A stretch of 64,000 bases of DNA from Candidatus Obscuribacteraceae bacterium (GCA_044226015.1 JBGAHS010000004.1:384001-448000); one strand, 5' to 3'. Positions 9,967 through 19,497 are shown, counted from the first letter of the stretch. Translations and numbers: made by a program. The notes: generated by a model from the sequence alone, not told the origin.

Positions 9967-11394
9967 TTAGTCGTCTTCTAATTCGTCTTTCGCTTTGATG
10001 CGTCCTGATTTAATAGCAGCCAACAAGAGTGCATGGTCTCGCTCAACCTGGTCCGCATAATTCAATGCAAAGTCTGTGACCGCAGCGTCAAAGCTTGCAT
10101 CTTCCAGTCCACCAAGATAACCACTGATGGTGGCGGCATCACCTGATCTTGCATGTGCTCTTGCAAGAACATAACCCATCACCTCTGCGATTTCGATAGT
10201 CTGTGGACCTTCCCAGAGTTCGGGATCGGGCTTCACTTTTGTATCGCGCAATTGTCTAATATAGAAGTGTTTGCCGTTGTCGAACTTTGTCCAACCTAAG
10301 AAAATGTCGCTGGCTGATTGAATAATTCTCTGCCCTTCTACGACTCGCTGACCTCTGTTTTCAAAACTGCTCTTACCTACGTAAGGCTGCAAGACTGATT
10401 CTCTTGCTTCTTTGATTTGCAGGAGGAGTGGCTCATTGTCTGGTGCGAGCATGAGTGCTACTGCGCAGAGCGTTCCTACGCTACCAATGCCAACAACTTT
10501 AATCGCTACGTCTTCGAGTCTGTATCGGTTAATCAGTCTTCTCTTATCTTCCTGAAGAGATTCCTTGTACAGATCGAACGCTTTCTCAATTTGCCCAGCG
10601 AAAATTTTTCCGTCTGCACCCTGCATGTGATACATGGTTGGTGGTGTGTCTTTGAAAACAAATCCACCGCCCGAGCGCTCTGCAAATTTTGGAAAGTAGT
10701 AATCCTGAATTGTGCGCTTTAGTTCCTTCTTCAGTCGGGCTTGTCGTTTTTTCTGCAAATCTTCATCTGAAGTTCTTTCTATGACGCTTTGCCAATCAAC
10801 TCTTTCATACCAAATATCGAGAATGCTCATTCGAGAGAATTGAGTGATCTTCTGTCGATAGGCACGAACAACTGCTTCTGCAGCCATTGCTTCGTATTTT
10901 GGTTTCAACCCGTTTTCTCTTGCAGACAGAACGAAACTTACGGCTAGCCGCTTCACGTCCCATTCCCATGGTGCAGGAAGCGTTTCATCAAAGTCGTTAA
11001 TGTCAAACATGATGTTTCGTTCTGGCGTCGCGAAGGCGCCAAAGTTCAGAAGGTGACAGTCTCCGCATGCTTGAACTGGAATGCTTGTGTTTGCAAATGA
11101 GCCGAGGTCCATTGCCATCAGTGCTGCAGCACCCCGATAAAAAGTGAAGGCAGACTGCATCATTCGTCCATAGCGCAGGGGAATTAGTTCCTCAAGCCTG
11201 CCTTCATTTGAAGCTTCTAGCACTGCTATTGGGTCTGGTCGATTGACCGGAACTCGCCAGCCAGCGTGTCCGCTGTGCGGCTTGGCGACCGCAATAGCCT
11301 TTCCTCGGGCGCGCCTGTCATCTCGTGGCGAGAGTGTGGCGTCATGGAGAAGTGCTTCTTCGTCCGTAAACTTGTGAGACTTATCGCTACTCAC
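9967..11394 (-). CDS. DUF2252 family protein (kinase-like fold)
   Basis: RYGRM..SAFTFYRGAA, CGDCHLLNFG, FDINDFDE, KVVGIGSVG, LARAHARSGD; start moved to GTG 11394 behind GAGAGGA RBS (ORF open to 11595). Confidence 0.92.
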   Translation of the reverse strand: MSSDKSHKFTDEEALLHDATLSPRDDRRARGKAIAVAKPHSGHAGWRVPVNRPDPIAVLEASNEGRLEELIPLRYGRMMQSAFTFYRGAAALMAMDLGSFANTSIPVQACGDCHLLNFGAFATPERNIMFDINDFDETLPAPWEWDVKRLAVSFVLSARENGLKPKYEAMAAEAVVRAYRQKITQFSRMSILDIWYERVDWQSVIERTSDEDLQKKRQARLKKELKRTIQDYYFPKFAERSGGGFVFKDTPPTMYHMQGADGKIFAGQIEKAFDLYKESLQEDKRRLINRYRLEDVAIKVVGIGSVGTLCAVALMLAPDNEPLLLQIKEARESVLQPYVGKSSFENRGQRVVEGQRIIQSASDIFLGWTKFDNGKHFYIRQLRDTKVKPDPELWEGPQTIEIAEVMGYVLARAHARSGDAATISGYLGGLEDASFDAAVTDFALNYADQVERDHALLLAAIKSGRIKAKDELEDD

Positions 11395-11639
11395 AGATTG
11401 TTCCTCTCTTCGTCGACTCCTACTAAGCTTATTCCAATTGCGGCAGCAAAAACAACGCTTGAGGAGTGTTCTGCAAACCCTTGAAATGTGCATTTTTAAT
11501 TTTGAGCTTTTAAGTCGGCTTTGAAACTGTCCTCCTACAAAGCTGCGGGCGGTTAAGTCCAAATGGAAGTCAAACTTTGTCAGAGCTAATAACAACTCTG
11601 TTAGTAACTTTTACTAGTGCCTTGTACCACCGCTGGAAA

Positions 11640-11838
11640 CTCTTGCAGGCTGCTTGCGTAACTCTTGCTGGATGGATACGAAGCTCTAGCAAGGTGGTTA
11701 GGTAACTCTTGATGGCTGAATGCTCTTGCAGGCTGGTTGCGTAACTCTTGCTGGTTGGATACGAAGCTCTTGCAAGCTGGTTACCGTTACTCTTGCTGGC
11801 CGGTTACGCTTGGATGTACTTTTGCTGGATGCGGTTAG
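11640..11838. repeat. Degenerate tandem array of nine ~22-bp units (core CTCTTGCWGG) with 83-bp higher-order repeat
   Basis: Unit starts at 11640, 11662, 11684, 11706, 11723, 11745, 11767, 11790, 11819. Confidence 0.9.
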
Positions 11839-11866
11839 TGTCTTCTCCGGCGCTTAGCTGATCACA

Positions 11867-11947
11867 TTGAGTTCTCAGGAAAATTTAAATCGGTACCGTT
11901 TGAGTTCTCAGGAAAATCTATGCCGGTTGGGTTTTCAGGAAAATCTA
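11867..11947. repeat. Three direct repeats, consensus TTGAGTTCTCAGGAAAATCTA
   Basis: Copies at 11867, 11900 and 11927 with few mismatches. Confidence 0.9.
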
Positions 11948-12007
11948 CTTCGGGTAGGTTTTGTTTGAAACCTTATATATAGATGGTATCGCAGATGATG
12001 GCACGTT

Positions 12008-12179
12008 TAAAATGAAGCAAGCCTCCCTGCCGGTTCACCCACCGGACCCAAAGAGGCTTGATCCTATTACTTTGTGTTATCACCTAGATCGATAACGAAA
12101 GTTGACTGCCGCAGTTTGTTGAGATTTTCCGGGGAACACTTAGTGGGGTCCCCGCGTTCAGCGGTGTCATCAACCTCGT
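12008..12179 (-). ncRNA. Candidate structured non-coding RNA (~170 nt)
   Basis: Promoter-like sequence upstream; hairpins CCGC/GCGG, GGGGA/UCCCC, GUUAUC/GAUAAC; long 3' hairpin AAGCCUC..CCGGU-GGGUGA-ACCGG..GAGGCUU followed by GCUUCAUUUU; no ORF in the track. Confidence 0.55.
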
Positions 12180-12185
12180 AATTTC

Positions 12186-12214
12186 AATATAGCAGCTTGT
12201 CAAGAATCCGTAAA
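12186..12214 (-). promoter_or_regulatory. Sigma70-like promoter
   Basis: TTTACG-17 bp-TATATT with extended -10 TGc; predicted +1 at ~12179. Confidence 0.55.
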
Positions 12215-12340
12215 GTGGTTTGGAGAAATTTCTTGAAAGCCTCATGAATGCCGGATTTGGTATATGCGAGGCATATCCGCATCGCTGAAAATTTTCTGGT
12301 CTCTGTCTGAAACGTAAGCGTCAAAAAAGTCGCTTGTTTA

Positions 12341-15300
12341 TCAAGCTTGCTTTCCTTCCTTATCTAATAAGGCAAGGAATAGTTTTACTATGCGGGGATC
12401 CCATTCTTTGCCAGCACCTTGCTGCAAAATCTGTACCGCCTGACTGGTGGGTAGCGCTGCCCTGTATGGGCGGTCGCTCGTCATTGCAACAAAGGCATCA
12501 ACGACCGAAATAATCCTTGATTCAAGAGGAATGTCATCGCCCTTTAATCCCCGTGGATAGCCCGAGCCGTCCCAGTGCTCATGGTAAGACTCGACTACGG
12601 TTGCCACTCTATGAAGGTGCTTGGCGGGTTCGAGAATTTTAGCCGCAGTAATTGGTGCTGTTTCGATCAATTTCCACTCGTCGGCAGTCAGTGGACCGCT
12701 CTTGCGCAGAACTTCTTCATCAACAATTACTTTACCAAGATTGTTCAAAACGGCAGCAAGTGAAATTACTGTAGTATGGTCTTTCGATAGGCGCAAAGCC
12801 TGTGCTATGCGGCTTGCATATTCTGCTGCTCTTGGTGAACGGTCGTCGTTGTAGCCATCTTTCGAGGAGACAGCTTTGATAACGTTGCCGAGCATACCCA
12901 GAATTCCGTGTTCTGCAATCATATGCAAATCGGTGATGGCCGACTCAATGCGTTGGGCGACTCCTGCGCCGTTCGGCTTCATTGATGGCATGGTTGGTGG
13001 CTGCGGTACTGCAGGTGGTGCAGGCTTCGCTGCTTCTTTCTTTGGTTCGTCGGTCGTGCCAGTGGCTCCGGCTCTCTTCGAATTGAAGACCTGATTTCTG
13101 CCATTGCCTTTGGCGAGGAAAAGGTATTTGTCAGCGAGTTCAAGTAAGCGCACTTTATCTTGAGCATCTGAAGGGAATGTCGCGACGCCAACTGATGCTG
13201 TGATTTTTCCCATACCAAGTCTGGCCGCTGTCGCGTGATTGATTTTTCCTTCTTCCAGTTTTGCTTGAATCTTCTCCTGGCAATCTGGTGATTTGAATTT
13301 CTCGATCGTGCTTTCTCTGATGCTCTGGCAGATTCGTTCTGCTACCACAAGCGCAGCATTCGAGTCGGTTTCTGGCAATAGAACAACAAACTCTTCACCG
13401 CCAAATCTACCCACAGTGTCAACGTCACGAACACACTTTTTGACAATGGCTGATGTATGTTTTAACGCCACGTCACCATTGAGGTGGTCGAGAGTATCAT
13501 TGACGCTCTTGAAGTGGTCGAGGTCGAGAATGATGAATGAGCAGGCGTGACCGAAGCGCTGGTGACGATCTAATTCCTTATTGAGCTGTTCTTCGAAGTA
13601 GCGCCTGTTGTAGAGTCCGGTAAGTGCGTCAGTGATAGCCTGGCGTTCTACCTTCTCGAAGAGTTCTTTGTGTTCGACTACTACCGCGACGCGATTTAGA
13701 AGGTCTTGAATCATACGCATATCAGGCAGTGATGGAGGTTTCTGCATGGATGACACCATGCATAGAGCACCTTTCAGGCTGCTTCCTTGTCTTAAAGGAA
13801 ACAGCATCGTGAGCTGCATTGACTCAGGGATTTCAACTTCGAGATCACCCATATTGTTTTTCAAGTCAGCCGCACTCAACATCAATGCTGGCATTGGCTG
13901 CGAGAGTAGATCTGGATGGCTCAATGCATCGTACTGTGCGGTGAAGAGATTACTCGCCATGTGTTGCAAGACAAGCGAATTCTCTTCGGTCGATAAGGTA
14001 CCTGCACATTGTGCTTCTGTGAACTTTTCTTCCAGTGAGTCCCACATTGCCACTGCCGCTAAACCTAACTCAAAATGCCGAGCCAGTTCGGAAACCAGGG
14101 TCTGCAAAATTGGATTTACTTCCTTCAATGACTGTTGAATCTGCTCAGATACAGTATTGATTAGAGTTTCTCTGCCCCATTGCTGACGAATTTGAGCGTT
14201 AGCTTGTTCAGCTCTGATAATTGAGGCAAGGTTACCCGCTACTGTTAGTGCAAGTTCTCTGTCCTGCGGGCGCAGCATTGGGCTGCCTTGTTTTCTTCGC
14301 CAGAGACCCATTACACCGAGCTTTTCGCCTTCCGATATAAGAGGAATGATCATGGCGGTGTCATGTCCAAAAAATGGATCGCCGCGCTTGCTGTATTCTA
14401 TATTTACTGTTTTCAGTTTTCCATTTTCAAAAACCTGTAAAAATGGATTTTGTTTATGAGCAAATGGAATATTTTCAGAATGCTCTTTCTCGGAAATTTG
14501 AGGAACAAGCATGTATTCCTCTTCGTTGAACAGATAGACCTGCGCAGAAGTGAAGTTGGTGTGGTCCGCGAATAACTTGATCGCTTCTTCAATTGTTTTC
14601 TGGGCGCGTTGACCCGCAGACTCTCGGAAAATCGTAGCGATTTCGTTAACGATTTTCATTTCGTTAGCGTCTTGTTCGATTCGCATCAAGTCGAAAGACT
14701 GCTGTACAACAAGAGACAGTACTTCAGAGACGCTTTGTAGAACTGCACCGTCCTGGTCTGTCCACTCTCTAGGTGTACCGCTTTGCTGTAACTCAATAAA
14801 ACCATGGAAGATACCACGGCTTCTAACCTGTGCTACCAGGCGTGCCCTTGCGTCTCCAAGTTCAATGAGTGCCGCTAGAGTAGGAGACATTCTTCTCAAC
14901 TTTTGATCTTGCAGCGTGTCTGGAATTCCGATAACACCAGCACCAGTTTCGTCAGGGAAGCGGGAGAGGAACTCAGAGACTATGGCGGTTGTCTCTTGTG
15001 CTCCGAGATTTGCGCCTTTGAAGCAATAGTGTCCATTCTGTGCAAACTCGTTTGTGACAACGAGTTGGTCGTCCACCACTTGCCAGATTAAACCGCGGTC
15101 TGAGCGACTGACTTTCGTCATTTCCTCAACTGCTAAATCCAAAATTGCTGGCAGGTCGCTGGAAATGCGCAGCTGTCCGATAATGTCTTTGATGATTTTT
15201 TGAGCATCAGGTGCAAAAACCGAACGCACTTCTTGCGTGATATTTGTCCATGCTTCGCGCAGCGATTGAATGTTTCGGTTGCTCTTTCTATCGGGTGGTG

Positions 15301-16483
15301 CAATTCCCGCGAGCTTCGCATCCATTGGGTCGGGACCCGCTGGAGGCTGTAAGGCACCGCTGGCGGTGATACTCTCGAAATTGAATTCTTCTTCAAGGAG
15401 GCTGGGGTCGCCGAAAACGTTTCCGCCCATGTCGGGATCATCTTCTGCCGCAATGGGTCCAGCCCCGGGCTTTCCATGATTGCCACCATTACCATTTCCG
15501 CCATTTCCTGTTCCTTCGCTAGTTGGTCCTGGTTTGCTGATAACAGTCTTGGAACTTGGTCCAACCAGGTCGTCGATGGCGCTGGAGTCTAGAAGTGATG
15601 ATGCCCCACGCTTAGGCACTTCGCCCGTGGGTGGATGTGTGCTTCGACCTGTCGGTCGAGGCTTTGCTGGCGGCGGCACCTGCCGTGGAATGGGCGGACC
15701 CGGCGGTGGCGGCGGTACGTTCGTAGGTCTCATCATCGAGACTTCGCCTGTGTCACCAGGCCTGACTACATGTTGAGGGTGTCGCAAGGAAGCGGCATTG
15801 TTCGAACCGATTGCCGCGCTTGGAGTCATCAAAGGGTCGGTATTAGCACCTGGTCGAGGAACTGTTTCGATGGCTCCTTCACCCCGGAAAGGCATACCAG
15901 GCAAGGGGGGCGGCGTAGACCCCGGCACTGCTCGTTGTTTGACCACGGGCCAGTCATTGCGTATGCCAGAAACGAAATGCGGCGCTGTAACTGGGTTTCC
16001 GACGTGCGCTTTTGAGTCATCGAGCCGATTTGACTCAGGAAGGTCGATGTACTGCCAGAGCGAGGTCATCGCCTGGTAGGCGCGCTTAACAATGTGCGGG
16101 TCTATCGAACCAACGCACTGGAAAACTCTTTCGGAGCCGCTCTCGTCTGAGCAATGTCCATAAACTACCATCGAAATGCCCTGGCTATGAACCAGAAAGC
16201 AGAATTCGTCTTGCTTATCGTGATTGTTTTCGGAAAATATCGATACGCGAACAGCGTCGCGAGTTAAGGTTCGAAACTGGTTTGCCTCTGGTATCAACCA
16301 TTTTGCGTCTCTGGTTGACCAATAGACGATTACTGGTGACAGTCCATGGAAAATGACGCTTTCTTCAATTCTGCGGAAGAATGGCAGAAATTCTTGTGCC
16401 ACGAGACTGCTGAGCGGCAGTGCACCAGGACCTGCCTGCTGCACGAGCATCATGAATAGCTGTGTTCTCGCCTGCTCTACCAT
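12341..16483 (-). CDS. Multidomain diguanylate cyclase: DICT-like sensor, Pro-rich linker, ~3 GAF, GGDEF, degenerate HD-GYP
   Basis: TDALTGLYNRRYF, DLDHFKSVND, RDVD I-site, GRFGGEEF; HEHWDGSGYP and DAFVAMTSDRPYR; start likely ATG 16483 (ORF open to 16510). Confidence 0.9.
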   Translation of the reverse strand: MVEQARTQLFMMLVQQAGPGALPLSSLVAQEFLPFFRRIEESVIFHGLSPVIVYWSTRDAKWLIPEANQFRTLTRDAVRVSIFSENNHDKQDEFCFLVHSQGISMVVYGHCSDESGSERVFQCVGSIDPHIVKRAYQAMTSLWQYIDLPESNRLDDSKAHVGNPVTAPHFVSGIRNDWPVVKQRAVPGSTPPPLPGMPFRGEGAIETVPRPGANTDPLMTPSAAIGSNNAASLRHPQHVVRPGDTGEVSMMRPTNVPPPPPGPPIPRQVPPPAKPRPTGRSTHPPTGEVPKRGASSLLDSSAIDDLVGPSSKTVISKPGPTSEGTGNGGNGNGGNHGKPGAGPIAAEDDPDMGGNVFGDPSLLEEEFNFESITASGALQPPAGPDPMDAKLAGIAPPDRKSNRNIQSLREAWTNITQEVRSVFAPDAQKIIKDIIGQLRISSDLPAILDLAVEEMTKVSRSDRGLIWQVVDDQLVVTNEFAQNGHYCFKGANLGAQETTAIVSEFLSRFPDETGAGVIGIPDTLQDQKLRRMSPTLAALIELGDARARLVAQVRSRGIFHGFIELQQSGTPREWTDQDGAVLQSVSEVLSLVVQQSFDLMRIEQDANEMKIVNEIATIFRESAGQRAQKTIEEAIKLFADHTNFTSAQVYLFNEEEYMLVPQISEKEHSENIPFAHKQNPFLQVFENGKLKTVNIEYSKRGDPFFGHDTAMIIPLISEGEKLGVMGLWRRKQGSPMLRPQDRELALTVAGNLASIIRAEQANAQIRQQWGRETLINTVSEQIQQSLKEVNPILQTLVSELARHFELGLAAVAMWDSLEEKFTEAQCAGTLSTEENSLVLQHMASNLFTAQYDALSHPDLLSQPMPALMLSAADLKNNMGDLEVEIPESMQLTMLFPLRQGSSLKGALCMVSSMQKPPSLPDMRMIQDLLNRVAVVVEHKELFEKVERQAITDALTGLYNRRYFEEQLNKELDRHQRFGHACSFIILDLDHFKSVNDTLDHLNGDVALKHTSAIVKKCVRDVDTVGRFGGEEFVVLLPETDSNAALVVAERICQSIRESTIEKFKSPDCQEKIQAKLEEGKINHATAARLGMGKITASVGVATFPSDAQDKVRLLELADKYLFLAKGNGRNQVFNSKRAGATGTTDEPKKEAAKPAPPAVPQPPTMPSMKPNGAGVAQRIESAITDLHMIAEHGILGMLGNVIKAVSSKDGYNDDRSPRAAEYASRIAQALRLSKDHTTVISLAAVLNNLGKVIVDEEVLRKSGPLTADEWKLIETAPITAAKILEPAKHLHRVATVVESYHEHWDGSGYPRGLKGDDIPLESRIISVVDAFVAMTSDRPYRAALPTSQAVQILQQGAGKEWDPRIVKLFLALLDKEGKQA

Positions 16484-16682
16484 GGCATCCAATCGCCAAG
16501 TACACGCCAACTGCCAATTGGGTTAGGGATTGCCACTTTCCCCCCCACACCCCTCGTACCCTGGATTCTTTACAGCTAATCACAATCAAGCCTTCTAGCT
16601 GCGTAGAACTTAACAGAAGCTGTCGAGCGCTTGTGAACATGGCTTACCTGGTAGACAATATGAACAAAGCAGGTGAGAGATA

Positions 16683-17339
16683 ATGACTGAGACTACTTTG
16701 AGCCCTTCGGTATACCAGGAAAACCTTGAGTTCTGGCAAAATGCCTGGAATATGGTGAAAACGCCGTACACTCAAATGCCGCCCTTAACCTACATTCCGA
16801 GAATTCCGGCTGCAATTGAGTCGAAAAAGTCTGAGCCCGTTTTAGACCTTGGTTGTGGAAGTGGCTGGTTGAGTGTTTATTTGTGCCGCAATGGTTTTGA
16901 CGTTCACGGAGTCGATGTTGCTGAACATGCTCTTGAACTCGGACGTATGTGGGCTGAAGAAGAGAAGTTGCCGATAAAGTTTAAGTGCCAGGATATTTCG
17001 TGTTTGAATTATCCGTCTAGTTTCTTTGGAAGCGTAGTTGCTAATTCGATTTTCGAGCATCTGACTTATTCTCTTGCCGAAGAAACAGTTCACGCTCTGC
17101 ACAAAGTTCTTCAGCAAAATGGGCTGCTTGTTGCCTGCTTTGACTGGGTTGGAACTGGTGCCGGTGAATTTTATGAACTGGAAGACGGCACTCATGTTTA
17201 CACCGATAAAGGACGCCGCGGCATGATGTTGCGTTCATTCTCAGACGCTGAAATTCGCGAGTTATTTTCAGCATTCAAAATCCACGTGCTCGAGCCAGTT
17301 AGCGAACTCACGCGAATTCTAGTCGCAGAGAAAATATAA
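16683..17339 (+). CDS. Class I SAM-dependent methyltransferase
   Basis: VLDLGCGSG motif I, VHGVDVA motif II. Confidence 0.9.
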   Translation: MTETTLSPSVYQENLEFWQNAWNMVKTPYTQMPPLTYIPRIPAAIESKKSEPVLDLGCGSGWLSVYLCRNGFDVHGVDVAEHALELGRMWAEEEKLPIKFKCQDISCLNYPSSFFGSVVANSIFEHLTYSLAEETVHALHKVLQQNGLLVACFDWVGTGAGEFYELEDGTHVYTDKGRRGMMLRSFSDAEIRELFSAFKIHVLEPVSELTRILVAEKI

Positions 17340-17354
17340 GCTGGTTCTAGCATT

Positions 17355-18392
17355 TCAGCTTTTCTGCGAAGACTTTTTCTGTGCCGTTTTGGGAGCTAAT
17401 TGATCGGCAAGCGTGTTTCGTTCCCAAAAAACTGAGTCTGCAAAACCCTGAATGCGTTTGTCCTTATCGGCTGCTAGAAGTCGCTTCTCTGCCAACAGGC
17501 AGTAAGTTTCATCTATGTCGCAGCCCAGATAATTTCGCCCCAGTTTTTTTGCCACCACAGATGATGTACCGCTTCCCAGAAACGGATCCAAGACAAAATC
17601 ACCAGGGTTTGAACTGGCAAGAATCAATTTTGCTATCAACTTTTCGCTCTTTTGTGTCGGATGATCAGTATTCTCGGGCATCGACCAGAATGGAATGCTG
17701 ATATCAGTCCAGATGTTAGAGGGAAACGTATCTCGGTATGAGCCGTCGCGTCCTTCGCTCCAATCTTTAGGCTTACCTTCTTCGTTTCGATAGGGAGCAA
17801 TAACTTTGCGGCGGAGTTTCACTTGCTCGACATTGAATGTATAGGTATCACCCATGGTGCAAAACCAAATGTCTTCGCTTGCATTTTTCCAGTTGGAACT
17901 TGCACCTCGACCCTTTTCTCTTTCCCAGCATATTCTATTGCGCACGATAAAGTGCTTTGAGGCTGCTGCATAAATGGAAACTGAACTGTACCACTCGCCA
18001 CAAATGTAAATGGTGGCAGTGCTTTTCAAACAATGCTTCAAAGACTCGAAGGTTTGCTCAAGATATTCCTCGTATGCTTCCACACTGCGTCGAGCGAACT
18101 TAAGACTTCGAAAGTCTTTTGTGAGGTTGTAGGGCGGGTCAAGAATAAGTAGATCAACGCATTGGTCGGGCAGATGTTTAGCAAGGTCAGAGAATGATCC
18201 ATTGAAGGTCTTATTTTGAATTTGCGAGAGTTTTGCAAACCCTTTGCCAAGCTTCAGGTTTGATGGTAAAAGCAAGCGTCCCTTGAGTCCGGGTATTTCC
18301 TCAGGACTTAGATTCAATGTCTTATTCTTTGGCGAGCGAGTCTTGCTTGCACTTGCAGTCGCTACCTTGGAACTCCCTTTAGCCTTTTTCAC
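17355..18392 (-). CDS. Site-specific DNA methyltransferase (N6-A/N4-C, beta class)
   Basis: Motif IV LDPPYN precedes HPTQK and motif I VLDPFLGSGT. Confidence 0.92.
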   Translation of the reverse strand: MKKAKGSSKVATASASKTRSPKNKTLNLSPEEIPGLKGRLLLPSNLKLGKGFAKLSQIQNKTFNGSFSDLAKHLPDQCVDLLILDPPYNLTKDFRSLKFARRSVEAYEEYLEQTFESLKHCLKSTATIYICGEWYSSVSIYAAASKHFIVRNRICWEREKGRGASSNWKNASEDIWFCTMGDTYTFNVEQVKLRRKVIAPYRNEEGKPKDWSEGRDGSYRDTFPSNIWTDISIPFWSMPENTDHPTQKSEKLIAKLILASSNPGDFVLDPFLGSGTSSVVAKKLGRNYLGCDIDETYCLLAEKRLLAADKDKRIQGFADSVFWERNTLADQLAPKTAQKKSSQKS

Positions 18393-18393
18393 T

Positions 18394-19497
18394 TCAGTCT
18401 GCCTGCTCAGGAATAAGTTGGGCTGCCTTCGCAGGTAGTATCAGAAACTTGTTTTGCCCAGTTGCGTGTGCGGCACCATCGTTTGTTAAAGATGCCTTCC
18501 AATGAACGTCGTCAGCGATCTTCAAATGATAATCGCAGGTGTCACCCTGAAAGCTCCTATGCAGTATTTCAACTGGAAAAACGTTAGTGAAATCATCGGC
18601 TTGCGAACGCTCATCAGAAAGAACGTAATTGTAGCTACGCATCCAGACCGTAACACGAGTTCCAAGCGCCAGGCGTTCGAAGTCGGACTGAGGTTGGCAC
18701 CATATATTCAAGCCGCGTGCAGTCTTAACCTTACAATACGGTGCCTTTAATTCTGAAATTTCGCCGTTGATGAGATTCGTCTGACCTATAAAGTCAGCTA
18801 CAAAGGGAGTCTTCGGACTTTCGAAAATCTTTTCTGGGCTGTCCAGTTGTTCGAGATTGCCCTGAGAGAGAACTGCTATTCGATCTGAGAGTGCAAACGC
18901 TTCATCTTGATCGTGAGTAACCATCACGAAAGTTGTATTTAGTTCTTTTTTGAACCTCGCCAATTCGGCATGCATCTCAACTCTTATTTTTGGGTCAAGG
19001 GCAGACAATGGTTCATCTAACAGCAGAACCTTAGGCTTATTCACGATGGCTCTAGCGAAGGCAACTCTCTGTTGTTGCCCACCGGAAAGCTCCTTTGGGA
19101 ACCGTTTGATGATATGAGGCAGGCGCACCAGACTTAGTGCCATCTCTACTCGGGCTGCAATTTCCGATTCCGGGCAGGCTTTTGACATTCGGAGTCCAAA
19201 AGCTATGTTGTCGAAAATGCTCAAATGGGGAAAGAGCGCATAACTTTGAAACACCATATTTACTGGTCGTTTGTGAGGCGGAACGTGGCTCACGTCCTGC
19301 CCCGCAATATGAATCGACCCGGAACTGGGAAACTCGAAACCGGCTATCATTCTCAGTAAGGTCGTCTTGCCACAACCTGATGGACCTAAAAGGCTGAAAA
19401 ACTCCCCTTCATAAATTTCCATGTTGACGTTATTTACAGCACGAGTTCCTTCGAACTCTTTGCAAACATTTTTCACTTCAACTATGGCTTTGCTCAT
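18394..19497 (-). CDS. potA: Spermidine/putrescine-type ABC transporter ATP-binding protein
   Basis: GPSGCGKTT, VNMVFQSYALFPH, LSGGQQQR, LLLDEP, C-terminal TOBE-like region. Confidence 0.85.
   Translation of the reverse strand: MSKAIVEVKNVCKEFEGTRAVNNVNMEIYEGEFFSLLGPSGCGKTTLLRMIAGFEFPSSGSIHIAGQDVSHVPPHKRPVNMVFQSYALFPHLSIFDNIAFGLRMSKACPESEIAARVEMALSLVRLPHIIKRFPKELSGGQQQRVAFARAIVNKPKVLLLDEPLSALDPKIRVEMHAELARFKKELNTTFVMVTHDQDEAFALSDRIAVLSQGNLEQLDSPEKIFESPKTPFVADFIGQTNLINGEISELKAPYCKVKTARGLNIWCQPQSDFERLALGTRVTVWMRSYNYVLSDERSQADDFTNVFPVEILHRSFQGDTCDYHLKIADDVHWKASLTNDGAAHATGQNKFLILPAKAAQLIPEQAD

Noticed and set aside
11640..11947. CRISPR array
   Set aside because: Repeats are adjacent or separated by only 6-12 nt, the intervening sequences are themselves repetitive, and no cas genes are in the window
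12129..12166. Similarity of GTGTTCCCCG / GTCCCCGCGTTCAGCGG to type I-E CRISPR repeats
   Set aside because: Single partial copies with no spacer structure
17355..18392. Restriction-modification system
   Set aside because: No adjacent endonuclease; the neighbouring 16683-17339 gene is a small-molecule-type methyltransferase
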